A stretch of 64,000 bases of DNA from Collinsella sp. (GCA_022739635.1 JAIIUG010000001.1:7185-71184), one strand, 5' to 3'. Counted from the first letter of the stretch, positions 1 through 9,019 are shown. Notes: a model not told the origin generated them from the sequence alone. Translations and numbers: made by a program.

Positions 1-811
1 AACGGCCGTTGATCTGGAAGTCCTCCAGGCCAATGCGGTTGAGCTCGTCGGTGAGCGTCTTGATGGTCTCGGCCAGATAGCGTTCACGGACCTCGCGCGA
101 CTCCGCCACCATGCGCGCGATGCGTTGGTAGGCGTCGGGCTCAAGATAGAAGAAGGACAGGTCCTCGAGTTCCCATTTAATGGAGCTCATGCCCAGACGG
201 TCGGCCAGGGGTGCATACACGTCCATGGTCTCGCGAGCCTTAAACAGGCGACGGTCCTCACGCAGGGCTGCAAGGGTGCGCATGTTGTGCAGACGGTCGG
301 CAAGTTTGACGATGATAACGCGGATGTCCTTGGACATGGCGAGGAACATCTTGCGCAGCGTGAGGGCCTGCTTCTCGTCCATGCTGTCGACTTCGATGTT
401 GGTGAGCTTGGTCACGCCATCGACGAGCTCGGCCACCGTATCGCCAAACAGGCCGGAAACATCGGCAAGCGAGGTCTCGGTATCCTCGACGGTATCGTGT
501 AGCAGCGCGGCGCACACCACATCGCAGTCCATCTTGAGATCGGCCAAAATGATGGCGACCTCGACGGGATGGTTGATGTACATCTCACCCGAGCGGCGCT
601 TTTGGTTGCAGTGCTTCTCGGCGGCAAAGCAGTAGGCCTGCTCCACCTTAGAAAAGTCGTCCTCATTCATATATTTGAGGCACAGGCGCTCCAGCTTGTC
701 GTAGCTGTCCGCCATAATCTCGGGCGGCAGCTCATCGGCATGCTTATAGTGCTCCATCTCCGAGAACGGCTGGAGGGTGGAATCATGGGCGGTACGGGCT
801 GCGGCATCCAT
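1..811 (-). CDS. rel: RelA/SpoT-family (p)ppGpp synthetase/hydrolase, N-terminal part (gene runs off the window start)
   Basis: Not in the ORF track because it is open at the window edge. My translation of the minus strand from the ATG at 809-811 reads MDAAARTAHDSTLQPFSEMEHYKHADELPPEIMADSYDKLERLCLKYMNEDDFSKVEQAYCFAAEKHCNQKRRSGEMYINHPVEVAIILADLKMDCDVVCAALLHDTVED. This carries the HD-hydrolase signature of RelA/SpoT. The gene lies 15 nt downstream of recJ. Confidence 0.85.
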   Translation of the reverse strand, partial: MDAAARTAHDSTLQPFSEMEHYKHADELPPEIMADSYDKLERLCLKYMNEDDFSKVEQAYCFAAEKHCNQKRRSGEMYINHPVEVAIILADLKMDCDVVCAALLHDTVEDTETSLADVSGLFGDTVAELVDGVTKLTNIEVDSMDEKQALTLRKMFLAMSKDIRVIIVKLADRLHNMRTLAALREDRRLFKARETMDVYAPLADRLGMSSIKWELEDLSFFYLEPDAYQRIARMVAESREVRERYLAETIKTLTDELNRIGLEDFQINGR

Positions 812-826
812 CGAGGTCCCCTTCCC

Positions 827-3800
827 CTAGGCCCGCGGTACGATCGGGCGGTTAACTTTGGCTAGCATATCAGAAGCGCACGAATCGAGCGCCCAGCTCC
901 GGAAAGCCGAGAACTCCATGCGCGAGCGCAAGCCCTCCAAATAGCGAATTGACCTGCTCAATTGCACGCGGCCGGGGTTTTCGGCCATCGCGATGCGACG
1001 GGTGTCGTCAAACCCCGAGACGCAACAGAAACCAAGCTCTTCGAAGATTCCCAGGCCACTTTCCACCGAGCGCTCGTCGACCGGCGTGCGAGCATCGATG
1101 GCAAGGCACATCTGCGCGATGTCGATATCGCTCGCGCTAAAGGAATCGTCCCCGGTCTTGCCGCGGTTGGAGCGCCACATGGTTTGCAGCGCGCGATAGA
1201 GCGTGACGAGCTCGTCGCGCTCGGGCGCATAGCAGTCGAGTAGGCGCTCGTTAATGCGAGCGTCACGCGACGAATAGAGCAGGTGGATCACGGCAGGTTG
1301 GCCGTCGCGACCGGCGCGTCCGCTCATCTGGTTAAACTCAATCGCGCCAAACGGCATGTGATAGAGCACGACATGGCGGATATCGGGCAAGTTCACGCCC
1401 TCGCCAAAGGCAGAGGTCGAAACGATGCAACTGAGGCTTCCGTCGCGAAACGCTTCCTCGACACGGCGACGATCGGAACGCGCAAGCCCCGCGTTATAGA
1501 ACGCGATGCGGGTCGCGCAATCGGGTACCCGCTTGCGCAGCGTCTTAGCAAGCGCCACGGACTGGTCGCGCGAGTTGACGTAGATGACGGTCTTCTCCCC
1601 CGTCGCCACGATTGACACCAGGCGGTTCTCGCGGCTCGCAAGATCTCGGTCATCCTCGAGCTGCAAGTTCTCGCGCACTGTCTCGTCGACCACCGTGCGG
1701 GTAATCGGTAGCACGCGGGCGAGCTCGGCCACAACCGGGGCCGTTGCGGTGGCCGTCGCCGCCAGAACGACCGGGTCGCCCAGGGCCTTGAGGATATCGG
1801 GCATGTCGAGATAGGCGCTGCGGTCGCCGCCCTTGGCAAGACCGGCATGATGCGCCTCATCGATAACGACAAAACCGATGCGCCCCGAACGCGCAAAGCG
1901 GTCGCGGTGAATGGACAGGAACTCGGGCGTCGTGAGCACGATGCCGGTGCGGCCCGAAGCCAAGCCGGCAAACACGTCATCGCGCGCCGCCTCCACGGTC
2001 TCGCCGGTCAGCACGCCTACGCCAATGCCGAGCGCGGCCATCGTCGACGAGAGGTGATAGGCCTGGTCGGCAACGAGCGCGCGCAGCGGATAGACAAAGA
2101 TGCTCGCACGCCCGCGAAGAACCGCCTCGCGCGCGGCGTGCACATGGAAGATAAGAGACTTGCCGCGGCCCGTTCCCATAACGGCCAAGACGCTCTGGTG
2201 GTCGGCGAGCGCGTCGAGTGCCTCGACCTGAGCACGGTGCGGCTGGTTCGAGCCGATAAAGCTATGGATAAGCGAGCGCGTCAGCTCGGTATAGGAAAGC
2301 TGGGCGAGCGTTTGGCGCTTGCGGGACTCCAGACGAAGACCGGCGTCCGCAGGCTCCACGCCGCGGCGAAGCTCACATGCCGGGTCGTCAACGCTGGGCG
2401 CCGTGGTATCGCGGACCAAGACATCCTTGATCATGAGCTTTGGCTTTACGCGACCTTGCCAATGCTCGGCCACGGCCTCGAACACCAAATCGACGGCGCT
2501 GTCGCAATTGATAAGCCTGTCGATCTGCGGCGCGCGGAACATAATGGCCGGCACGCTCGCGGCGCCATCGGTCGCCACGAAGCGCATGTGCTCGCCGGTT
2601 TTGCCCACCACGGCTCGGTCGCACATTGTCACGCCCTCGGCCGCCAACAGCGGCACCTTGTTGCCCTGGCCAAACGGCTCAAGACGGGAGATCTGCTCGA
2701 TGGTCTCAATATTCAGCTCGGAGAGGTCGACGGTGGCAGCAACCTCGTCGGTGTCCTCAAAGTCCTCGGCGGGAAGCTCGGACAGCACGGCGGAAAGACG
2801 ACGACGGAACTCGTCGAGCTTGGATGCCTCGATGGTCACGCCCACCGCACCCGCATGCCCGCCGCGACGAATCAGCAGATCGGAGCAGCGCTCGACGGCG
2901 TCGAACAGGTTGACTTTGCCCACCGAGCGACCCGAACCGCGCGCGATACCGTCTTCGATCGAGAAAAGCAGCGCCGGCACGTGATAACGGTTGGTCAGAC
3001 GGCTCGCCACGATACCCTTGACGCCCTCGTGCCAGCCCTCGCCACCCACGACGATTGCACGACCGCCATCATAGGTCTCCTCGACCTTTGCCATGGCATC
3101 GCGTGTGAGCTCGGCCTCGATCTCGCGGCGCTGACGGTTGATCTCCTCGAGCTCGGCCGCCAGAGCGCTTGCCTCGATAGGATCGCGGGCAAGCAGCAGG
3201 TCGAGTGCCAGCTTGGGATCGGCCATGCGGCCGGCGGCGTTCAAGCGGGGAATGAGCGAAAACGACAGGCCATCGGCCGTAATGGTAGAAAGGTCGGCCT
3301 TGGCAAGTGCGGCAAGCGCGATATAGCCGGGACGGGCCGTCACGCGCATCTGCTGGATGCCCTCGGCGACCAGTGCGCGGTTCTCGGGCGTCAGCGGCAT
3401 CATGTCGGACACGGTGCCAAGCGCCGCAACCTCGATCAGCGAACGCCAATACGACGGCTTGCCCAGACGCTCGCCCAGGACCTGTACCAGCTTGAGCGCC
3501 ACGCCGGCACCGGCAAGCTCGCGCGAGGGACCCTCGTCCTCGAGCTTGGGGTCGGTCAGGGGCACGCCCTGCGGCACCTGATCGGAGGGCTCGTGATGGT
3601 CCGTGACCACCAAATCAATCCCCAGGCTCTCAAGATAGGAGACCTCTTCCTTGGCAGCAATGCCGTTATCGACGGTCACGATCAGGTTGGGTTGGGCGAG
3701 CCCGTTGACGCGGTCGAGCGCCGCGCGCGAAAGACCGTAGCCCTCGTCAAAGCGATGTGGAATAAACGGCGTGACATCGGCACCAAACGTGCGCAGTGCC

Positions 3801-4114
3801 TCGGTCAACAGGCAGGTCGACGTAATACCGTCAACGTCAAAATCGCCAAAGACCGCGATGCGCTCGTGGTTGCGAATAGCACGCTCGACGCGGTCGGCGA
3901 CGACCGACATGCCCGGGATAATGAGTGGGTCGGCCCAGTCGCGATCGAGCGAAGGCGTCAAAAACAGCTGGCCTTCCTCGATGGATGCAATGCCGTGCGC
4001 AACCATAATGCGCGCAACCAACCCGGGTATGCCCAGGCCAGCCGAAAGCTCCTTTTCGAGCTCGGGGTTTTGCTGAGCGACCGCCCAGCGATGCGTCGTC
4101 TTAAGCGATGACAT
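827..4114 (-). CDS. recJ: RecJ single-strand DNA exonuclease fused to a RecQ-like SF2 helicase
   Basis: ORF track gives 827..4159. I moved the start to the ATG at 4114 (MSSLKTTHRW), which has a G-rich SD-like GGGGGTGGG upstream. RecJ motifs: IAVFGDFDVDGITS, VTVDNG, VVTDHHEP, and DHHA1 GGHAGAVG. The C-terminal ~450 aa carry helicase motifs MGTGRGKSL, VVIDEAHH, LAATATA, STSAFGEGVNLPDIRHVVLYHMP and QMSGRAGRDG. Confidence 0.85.
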   Translation of the reverse strand: MSSLKTTHRWAVAQQNPELEKELSAGLGIPGLVARIMVAHGIASIEEGQLFLTPSLDRDWADPLIIPGMSVVADRVERAIRNHERIAVFGDFDVDGITSTCLLTEALRTFGADVTPFIPHRFDEGYGLSRAALDRVNGLAQPNLIVTVDNGIAAKEEVSYLESLGIDLVVTDHHEPSDQVPQGVPLTDPKLEDEGPSRELAGAGVALKLVQVLGERLGKPSYWRSLIEVAALGTVSDMMPLTPENRALVAEGIQQMRVTARPGYIALAALAKADLSTITADGLSFSLIPRLNAAGRMADPKLALDLLLARDPIEASALAAELEEINRQRREIEAELTRDAMAKVEETYDGGRAIVVGGEGWHEGVKGIVASRLTNRYHVPALLFSIEDGIARGSGRSVGKVNLFDAVERCSDLLIRRGGHAGAVGVTIEASKLDEFRRRLSAVLSELPAEDFEDTDEVAATVDLSELNIETIEQISRLEPFGQGNKVPLLAAEGVTMCDRAVVGKTGEHMRFVATDGAASVPAIMFRAPQIDRLINCDSAVDLVFEAVAEHWQGRVKPKLMIKDVLVRDTTAPSVDDPACELRRGVEPADAGLRLESRKRQTLAQLSYTELTRSLIHSFIGSNQPHRAQVEALDALADHQSVLAVMGTGRGKSLIFHVHAAREAVLRGRASIFVYPLRALVADQAYHLSSTMAALGIGVGVLTGETVEAARDDVFAGLASGRTGIVLTTPEFLSIHRDRFARSGRIGFVVIDEAHHAGLAKGGDRSAYLDMPDILKALGDPVVLAATATATAPVVAELARVLPITRTVVDETVRENLQLEDDRDLASRENRLVSIVATGEKTVIYVNSRDQSVALAKTLRKRVPDCATRIAFYNAGLARSDRRRVEEAFRDGSLSCIVSTSAFGEGVNLPDIRHVVLYHMPFGAIEFNQMSGRAGRDGQPAVIHLLYSSRDARINERLLDCYAPERDELVTLYRALQTMWRSNRGKTGDDSFSASDIDIAQMCLAIDARTPVDERSVESGLGIFEELGFCCVSGFDDTRRIAMAENPGRVQLSRSIRYLEGLRSRMEFSAFRSWALDSCASDMLAKVNRPIVPRA

Positions 4115-4390
4115 AGGCGCCCACCCCCGATAGGGGCAGGTCGCCGCGATACCTCTCACGGTTCATAGCGATGAGTCCTCTGTGTATGCCCGCTTCGGCA
4201 GGCAGATCTGTTGAACGAATTTATTATACCGTGCAGCACGGACGCAAATCGCCGCAGTACGCCGCGGTTTCGGTAAACGATGCCGGTAATAGCCTCGAAA
4301 TATTCGAGCGTTTCTGACGCACGGACGCATGCGAGCGTCTAGCATATCCATTCAAAACGGATTCACGAGCAAAGGGAGGCACAGGCGCAT

Positions 4391-5389
4391 ATGAAGCAAT
4401 GGGTTGGACTGGGCAAGTTTCTCGCGGGGCACATGCAGGTCATCGTTCCGATTTGCGTGGCACTCGGCGTGCTCTTTCCTCAGCAGATTGGCGTTCTCAA
4501 GCCCATCGTTCCCACCTTGTTTGCCTTTATGACGTTTCAGGGTGCGCTCAGCAACACCTTTCACCAGGTAACCGAGGTGTTCCGCCGTCCCCTGCATTTG
4601 ATTTTGGCGCTGTTGGTCTCGGCGGTGCTTATTCCCATAGCAGCCTATGCCATGGGGTCGTTGTTCTTTGGTTCCAACCCCAACCTTGTCTGCGGCATCG
4701 TGCTCGAGTACAGCGTACCCGTGGCGGTCACTGCCTTTATGTGGATTAGCATGTTCGGCGGCAACGGCCCGCTCGCGCTCACCATCATCCTGACGTCCTC
4801 GGTCATCTCACCTGTGACGATTCCTCTTACGCTCAAGCTCCTGCTGGGCGCCACCGTCTCGATCGACGTGCCGAGCATGATGCAGAATATGGCCTTTATG
4901 ATCGCCATACCCGCCGTGCTCGGTATCGTGATCAACGAGCTCACGCGCGGATGGGGGCACGAGAAACTCTCCCCCGCGCTTTCGCCCGCCTGCAAGTTCA
5001 TGATGATGGGCGTCATCGCGTCCAACTCCACCGCCATGAGCGAGTACGTGCTGCACATGAACACGGTGCGCCTGGAAGTCGCCCTCTTTATCCTGGTGTT
5101 CGCCATCAGTGGCTTTATCATCGGCATCCTGGTCGCACGTGCCCTGCATCTGCCGTATAGCGAGACGACCACCATGTGCTTTACCTGCGGCATGCGCAAT
5201 ATCTCTTCGGGCGCCGTCATCGCCACGCAGTATTTTCCCGGCGAGGTCGTGTTCCCCGTCATGTGTGGCACGCTGTTTCAGCAGGTGCTGGCCTCGACCA
5301 TCGGGCATCTCTTTGAACGTCTAACCAGCGAGGAGCGCGCCAAACAGCGCAAGCGAGTCAAGGCCGGGCGCGACGCGATGGCACGCTAG
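4391..5389 (+). CDS. Bile acid:sodium symporter (BASS/SBF) family membrane transporter
   Basis: 332-aa polytopic membrane protein whose overall pattern resembles the SBF-like transporter family. A strong SD (AGGGAGG) sits about 8 nt upstream of the ATG. Confidence 0.75.
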   Translation: MKQWVGLGKFLAGHMQVIVPICVALGVLFPQQIGVLKPIVPTLFAFMTFQGALSNTFHQVTEVFRRPLHLILALLVSAVLIPIAAYAMGSLFFGSNPNLVCGIVLEYSVPVAVTAFMWISMFGGNGPLALTIILTSSVISPVTIPLTLKLLLGATVSIDVPSMMQNMAFMIAIPAVLGIVINELTRGWGHEKLSPALSPACKFMMMGVIASNSTAMSEYVLHMNTVRLEVALFILVFAISGFIIGILVARALHLPYSETTTMCFTCGMRNISSGAVIATQYFPGEVVFPVMCGTLFQQVLASTIGHLFERLTSEERAKQRKRVKAGRDAMAR

Positions 5390-5419
5390 GCAGCACGCTT
5401 TTCGCAGGCGCTCGCCTTG

Positions 5420-6217
5420 CTACGCGAGCGTTTCCAGATGCGCATGCAGTCGCTCAGCATCGATATCGAGCGTCGTCTCGGCATTGACCTGGGCCAGACG
5501 ATAGCCCACAAAGTAGGGCGATACCACCCAACGTGGCAGCGCCTTGGCAATGGTCCGACCGCCCAAGTGATAGAAGAACAAGTTGTATGACTCTGCGCGG
5601 CCGCCGTGGTGCTCGTGCAGAATATAGCGCAGGGCCACCTGAATCGCATCGGCAAACAGGTCCGCTTCGGCTTGGTCGCGGGCGTCGTCGCTGGCGGCGA
5701 TTCCCTGTGGAGCCGAGACGTTGACCTCAAAGAATCCCATGATCGGCTCGGTTGAAATGTTGACCGAGATTCTCCCCTGCTGCCAGACATTGATGCCTTC
5801 GAAATTGGCGGAAGTCAGCGCCGCATAGCCGTCCTCCTGTTCCAAGCCCACAATCTGCATGTGTGGATGGACGAGGCTGCCGCCCGAAAGCGGGCCTTTG
5901 TTCTTGTACATGAGCACACTGCGGTACTGTTGGGAATCGATCATCTGCTGCCAACAGCCCAGGGCAAACCTCATCACATGATGCAGCTCATCCGGTTCAT
6001 AGGTCACCAGGTCGGCGTCGTGATTGGCCGACTCGATCAATACGGTCTGACGGGTGGCCCGCAAGGTCTTGAACTTATTCTCGAGCCAGATGCAGTCACC
6101 ATCGCGCCGGATGATGTTGGCGAGCCCCTCCGTGTCGCAAAAGGGGCACGCGGTACCGGGGCGGCGGTTGTCGTCGGGCTTGCCGCTCGCCTGCTGAACG
6201 TCAAATACGAGCGCCAC
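5420..6217 (-). CDS. GalT-like HIT-superfamily nucleotidyltransferase (DUF4931-like)
   Basis: Has an N-terminal CPFCD and an HxHxQ motif (VHPHMQIVG), as in galactose-1-phosphate uridylyltransferase-type HIT enzymes. Its start is 4 nt from the cutC stop, so the two are likely one operon. Confidence 0.7.
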   Translation of the reverse strand: MALVFDVQQASGKPDDNRRPGTACPFCDTEGLANIIRRDGDCIWLENKFKTLRATRQTVLIESANHDADLVTYEPDELHHVMRFALGCWQQMIDSQQYRSVLMYKNKGPLSGGSLVHPHMQIVGLEQEDGYAALTSANFEGINVWQQGRISVNISTEPIMGFFEVNVSAPQGIAASDDARDQAEADLFADAIQVALRYILHEHHGGRAESYNLFFYHLGGRTIAKALPRWVVSPYFVGYRLAQVNAETTLDIDAERLHAHLETLA

Positions 6218-6220
6218 GGG

Positions 6221-6898
6221 TTATACCTCCAGCGGCACGATCTTGGTGCCATGGAGCTCGGAGACGCCTAGCGCCGTCGCGACCGCGTCGCGATTTGCCG
6301 CAGTGATGCCGCCGCCGGGAAGGATGGTCAAACGGTCGCCCGCATACTCGATTAAACGAACCAGGTTTTCGAAGTTGCCCTCGATCGGCGTGCCGGCAGC
6401 ACCACCGTGCGTCAGGATGCGCGCAACGCCGCAATCGGCGAGCGTATCAATGGCGTCGAGCTGAGCCTCAGGCGAGAGCTGATCAAACGCCATGTGGAAA
6501 GTGATGTCGATGGGCTCGCGCTTGCACTCCTCGGTCGCGCAGCCCGCGGCCATCACAAGGGCGCCGAGGGTGAGCTCGTCGAGCGCCCATCCGCCGGCAC
6601 AGGGCTTGCAGCATCCAAAGACCAGGCCATCGACGCCGGCGCTCACGGCAAGGCCCAGGTCCATCTCCATCATGCGCAGCTCGTCCTGGTTGTAATGAAA
6701 GTCGCCACCACGAGGACGAATCATGCACATCACTCGCGCGTCATGCTCGTGAGCGCAACTGACTGTAGCGCTAATAACGCCGGCGGAAGGCGTGGTGCCA
6801 CCGACGGCAAGGTTGTCACACAGCTCAATGCGCCTTGCACCGGCATCGATGGCCGCCGGCACCCGCTCAAAGTTCTCGGCACAAAACTCGTACAGCAT
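6221..6898 (-). CDS. cutC: Copper homeostasis protein CutC family
   Basis: ORF track gives 6221..6946. I moved the start to M17 (MLYEFCAENFERVPAAIDAGARRIELCDNLAVGGTTPS), which matches the canonical CutC N-terminus. A GGGGG SD-like run lies upstream. Confidence 0.8.
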   Translation of the reverse strand: MLYEFCAENFERVPAAIDAGARRIELCDNLAVGGTTPSAGVISATVSCAHEHDARVMCMIRPRGGDFHYNQDELRMMEMDLGLAVSAGVDGLVFGCCKPCAGGWALDELTLGALVMAAGCATEECKREPIDITFHMAFDQLSPEAQLDAIDTLADCGVARILTHGGAAGTPIEGNFENLVRLIEYAGDRLTILPGGGITAANRDAVATALGVSELHGTKIVPLEV

Positions 6899-6931
6899 AG
6901 ATAAGGCCCCCAAAGACAGCAGATGTTTTCC

Positions 6932-7025
6932 GACGGGCATTGTCACACATCCCCATGAAGTTGCGGTGGAATAGGGACTGTTTTGGCCTCTGGAGCCCGT
7001 ATTCAGTCCCTATTTCACCGCAACT
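6932..7025 (+). repeat. 94-bp palindromic intergenic element, copy 1
   Basis: Sequence: GACGGGCATTGTC..CCCATGAAGTTGCGGTGGAATAGGGACTGTTTTGGCCTCTGGAGCC..AGTCCCTATTTCACCGCAACT. The 20-nt arms GTTGCGGTGGAATAGGGACT and AGTCCCTATTTCACCGCAAC pair with one mismatch. About 86 of 94 nt are identical to copy 2 at 8876..8969, in the same orientation. Confidence 0.9.
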
Positions 7026-7169
7026 CAAATGATCCCTCGGGGACGGAGGAAAACCGACCATTACGACTGGCCGAAAAATGTTGCCGATGGTGAATGTTGC
7101 GCAACAAGATTTTCGAATCCCGATTAACCATGGCAGTATCGTCATTCGAATCTAGAGGAAAGGATTGCC

Positions 7170-8759
7170 ATGTTTAAGAGCATCCAAAAGAGCGGAAGGA
7201 TCGCAGCAGTCGCCATCGGCCTGATCGCAGCCTTGTCTCCGCTTGCAGCCCCTCCTGCAGCATTAGCCGGCGGTAGCGTACCGACGCCTGAGCTCGAGAA
7301 AGCGTACAGCTTTAAGGTAAGTAGCGAATACTCGGATATCAGCACGGGCGACGATTCAAAGTTCGGCTATTTATACGATTACGACGAGGATTACAACTTA
7401 AAGAGCATATCGCTCGTCAATTTTAAAGACGGCAGTACAAGCCCCATTGCCATTCCGGATAAAAGCCTTGAGTCAGGACGGCCCACATCCAACAATCAAC
7501 TCTACTGGCAAGACGGCAATAATTTGGTCGTGTTCTCGCCAGACAACCAAAGCCAAACAGTCCATCCCATTAGTTCGGCCAAATATGCCTACACCGATGT
7601 AATCGTCTCTTTCGATGGCAATAGAGCAGCCGTCGAGCACTATGACAGTGAATCTGAGCTTAAAAAAATCGAGATCTATGACCTTAAGTCTGACGAGTTA
7701 ATTCAAACATATCAATCTGATAAAGATGACTCTTATTGCTACTACTCAGACGATATGAGCCGTCTCTATTTCTTGCCATACGATACTGAGAAAGGCATTG
7801 TTTCTCTAAGGGTTTTCAATTGCGATACAGGGTCAACGGAATTGAAAACAGTTAACGTGAAGAAAGACGATAGGTCTTCGGACATCGACTATATTGTCAC
7901 CAGCTCTAACTCCGACGATATTTATCTTCAGAGCGACACTACATTAATAAAAGCGGACCGCGACGGAAACATGAACGTTCTATTTAACGATGACGACCAC
8001 GCTCCTGAATGGCCTTATTCATACCCGTCGGCAGAGCTTTATGTCCTCTATACAAAGAAGGGATCGAACGATCTTTTTGAAGAAGATGACGGCGATTACT
8101 ACCTGAATGAAAAAGATGCGAATCTTAGTGTTTATGACCTGAAAAGTGACAAGATCATCAGCTCAATTGCTTATCCCTTTGGCGAAGGATATCTCAGCGA
8201 TATTTCGCATGACGGCAGCATCCTGCTTGGAAAATACTCAGACGATGACAAGTCCTCAGCATGCCTAGTCGATGCTCAGACCGGGGCAAAGAGCGAGTTT
8301 GACTCTCATTGGTGCGACCACCTTTCGTTCATGAACGGCGATCGCAAGATTTTGGCAGCCTATTTCGACAATGATGACTCCTCGATACTTCATGTGAACA
8401 TCTACAAGTCCAATATTCCCCATTCGCTGCCTGAGGATATTCTCTACTTTGTCCAGTCTCACCTGCCGTTTGTTATTGGCGGTGGCGTGGCGATCGTCCT
8501 CATCATCGGTGGCGCGATCGTTATTCTTTGCATCCGCAAGAAGCGCGCGAAGGCCGCGAACGGTGCAGTAGCCGCAGCGCCTAAACCTCAGCGTAAGCAG
8601 CGTCGTAGTCAGAAGCACGCCCAGCAGAACGCCGTGGCACCCGCGGCACCGACGATGCCGGCAGCTCCGGCCGAGCCCGCCCGCTTCTGCCGTCACTGCG
8701 GAACCCCGCTCGTGCCCGAAGCCCAGTTCTGCCCCACATGCGGACAAAAGGTAGACTAG
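7170..8759 (+). CDS. Low-GC surface protein: signal peptide, beta-propeller-like ectodomain, TM helix, cytoplasmic zinc-ribbon tail
   Basis: 529-aa ORF with SD GAGGAAAGG. Signal-like N-terminus AAVAIGLIAALSPLAAPPAALAGG. D/S/Y-rich ectodomain with PD40/TolB-like repeat cues (DGSTSP, FDGNRAAV, SHDGSILLG, MNGDRKILAA). TM helix LPFVIGGGVAIVLIIGGAIVILCI. C-terminal CRHCGTPLVPEAQFCPTCG. The central part is only about 32% GC in a hand-counted sample. Confidence 0.75.
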   Translation: MFKSIQKSGRIAAVAIGLIAALSPLAAPPAALAGGSVPTPELEKAYSFKVSSEYSDISTGDDSKFGYLYDYDEDYNLKSISLVNFKDGSTSPIAIPDKSLESGRPTSNNQLYWQDGNNLVVFSPDNQSQTVHPISSAKYAYTDVIVSFDGNRAAVEHYDSESELKKIEIYDLKSDELIQTYQSDKDDSYCYYSDDMSRLYFLPYDTEKGIVSLRVFNCDTGSTELKTVNVKKDDRSSDIDYIVTSSNSDDIYLQSDTTLIKADRDGNMNVLFNDDDHAPEWPYSYPSAELYVLYTKKGSNDLFEEDDGDYYLNEKDANLSVYDLKSDKIISSIAYPFGEGYLSDISHDGSILLGKYSDDDKSSACLVDAQTGAKSEFDSHWCDHLSFMNGDRKILAAYFDNDDSSILHVNIYKSNIPHSLPEDILYFVQSHLPFVIGGGVAIVLIIGGAIVILCIRKKRAKAANGAVAAAPKPQRKQRRSQKHAQQNAVAPAAPTMPAAPAEPARFCRHCGTPLVPEAQFCPTCGQKVD

Positions 8760-8789
8760 CGAACAAAACCCAATAGATCCCAACCACCA

Positions 8790-8828
8790 AGGCCCCGTTC
8801 CGAAACACTCCAGAACGGGGCCTATTTT
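8790..8828 (+). terminator. Rho-independent terminator after the 7170..8759 gene
   Basis: AGGCCCCGTTC-cgaaacactcca-GAACGGGGCCT followed by ATTTT, about 30 nt after the stop codon. Confidence 0.75.
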
Positions 8829-8875
8829 GAGGCAAAGAGTAGCCGTTGGAGACGTTCTTAGGGTTGCTAATTTGG

Positions 8876-8969
8876 GACGGGCATTGTCGCACGCTCCCAT
8901 GAAGTTGCGGTGGAATAGGGACTGTTTTGGCCTCTGGAGCCTTCATTTAGTCCCTATTTCACCGCAACT
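8876..8969 (+). repeat. 94-bp palindromic intergenic element, copy 2
   Basis: Same element as 6932..7025. A 46-nt core and the 21-nt right arm are identical between copies. The differences cluster in the left flank and in the 8-nt apical loop. Confidence 0.9.
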
Positions 8970-8970
8970 T

Positions 8971-9010
8971 AAAAAAGGGGCGCTGACCGAGATAGTCAGC
9001 GCCCCTTTTG
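8971..9010. terminator. Bidirectional Rho-independent terminator downstream of livF
   Basis: AAAAAA-GGGGCGCTGAC-cgagata-GTCAGCGCCCC-TTTTG. An A-run precedes the hairpin and a T-run follows it. It lies about 10 nt beyond the livF stop (minus strand). Confidence 0.8.
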
Positions 9011-9019
9011 TTGGATTGG

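Noticed and set aside
1847-4111. 754-aa plus-strand ORF
   Set aside because: It is antisense to the RecJ-RecQ gene, whose frame carries unmistakable DHH and helicase motifs. The product is R/A/G/H/L-rich with no recognisable motif. This is a typical high-GC shadow ORF.
7112-7120. tRNA-like TTCGAATCC T-loop sequence
   Set aside because: The flanking bases cannot form a T-stem, and no acceptor or anticodon arms could be drawn. It lies in the promoter region of the 7170 gene.
6932-8969. Interpreting the two 94-bp palindromes as integron attC sites flanking a gene cassette
   Set aside because: attC sites read RYYYAAC ... GTTRRRY. Here the arms read GTTGCGG ... CCGCAAC, which is the opposite order, and the core bases do not fit. 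No intI gene is in the window.
6932-8969. Interpreting the repeats as a CRISPR remnant
   Set aside because: There are only two copies, 1.85 kb apart. Each is 94 bp and internally palindromic over 20 bp. There are no cas genes and no regular spacer structure.
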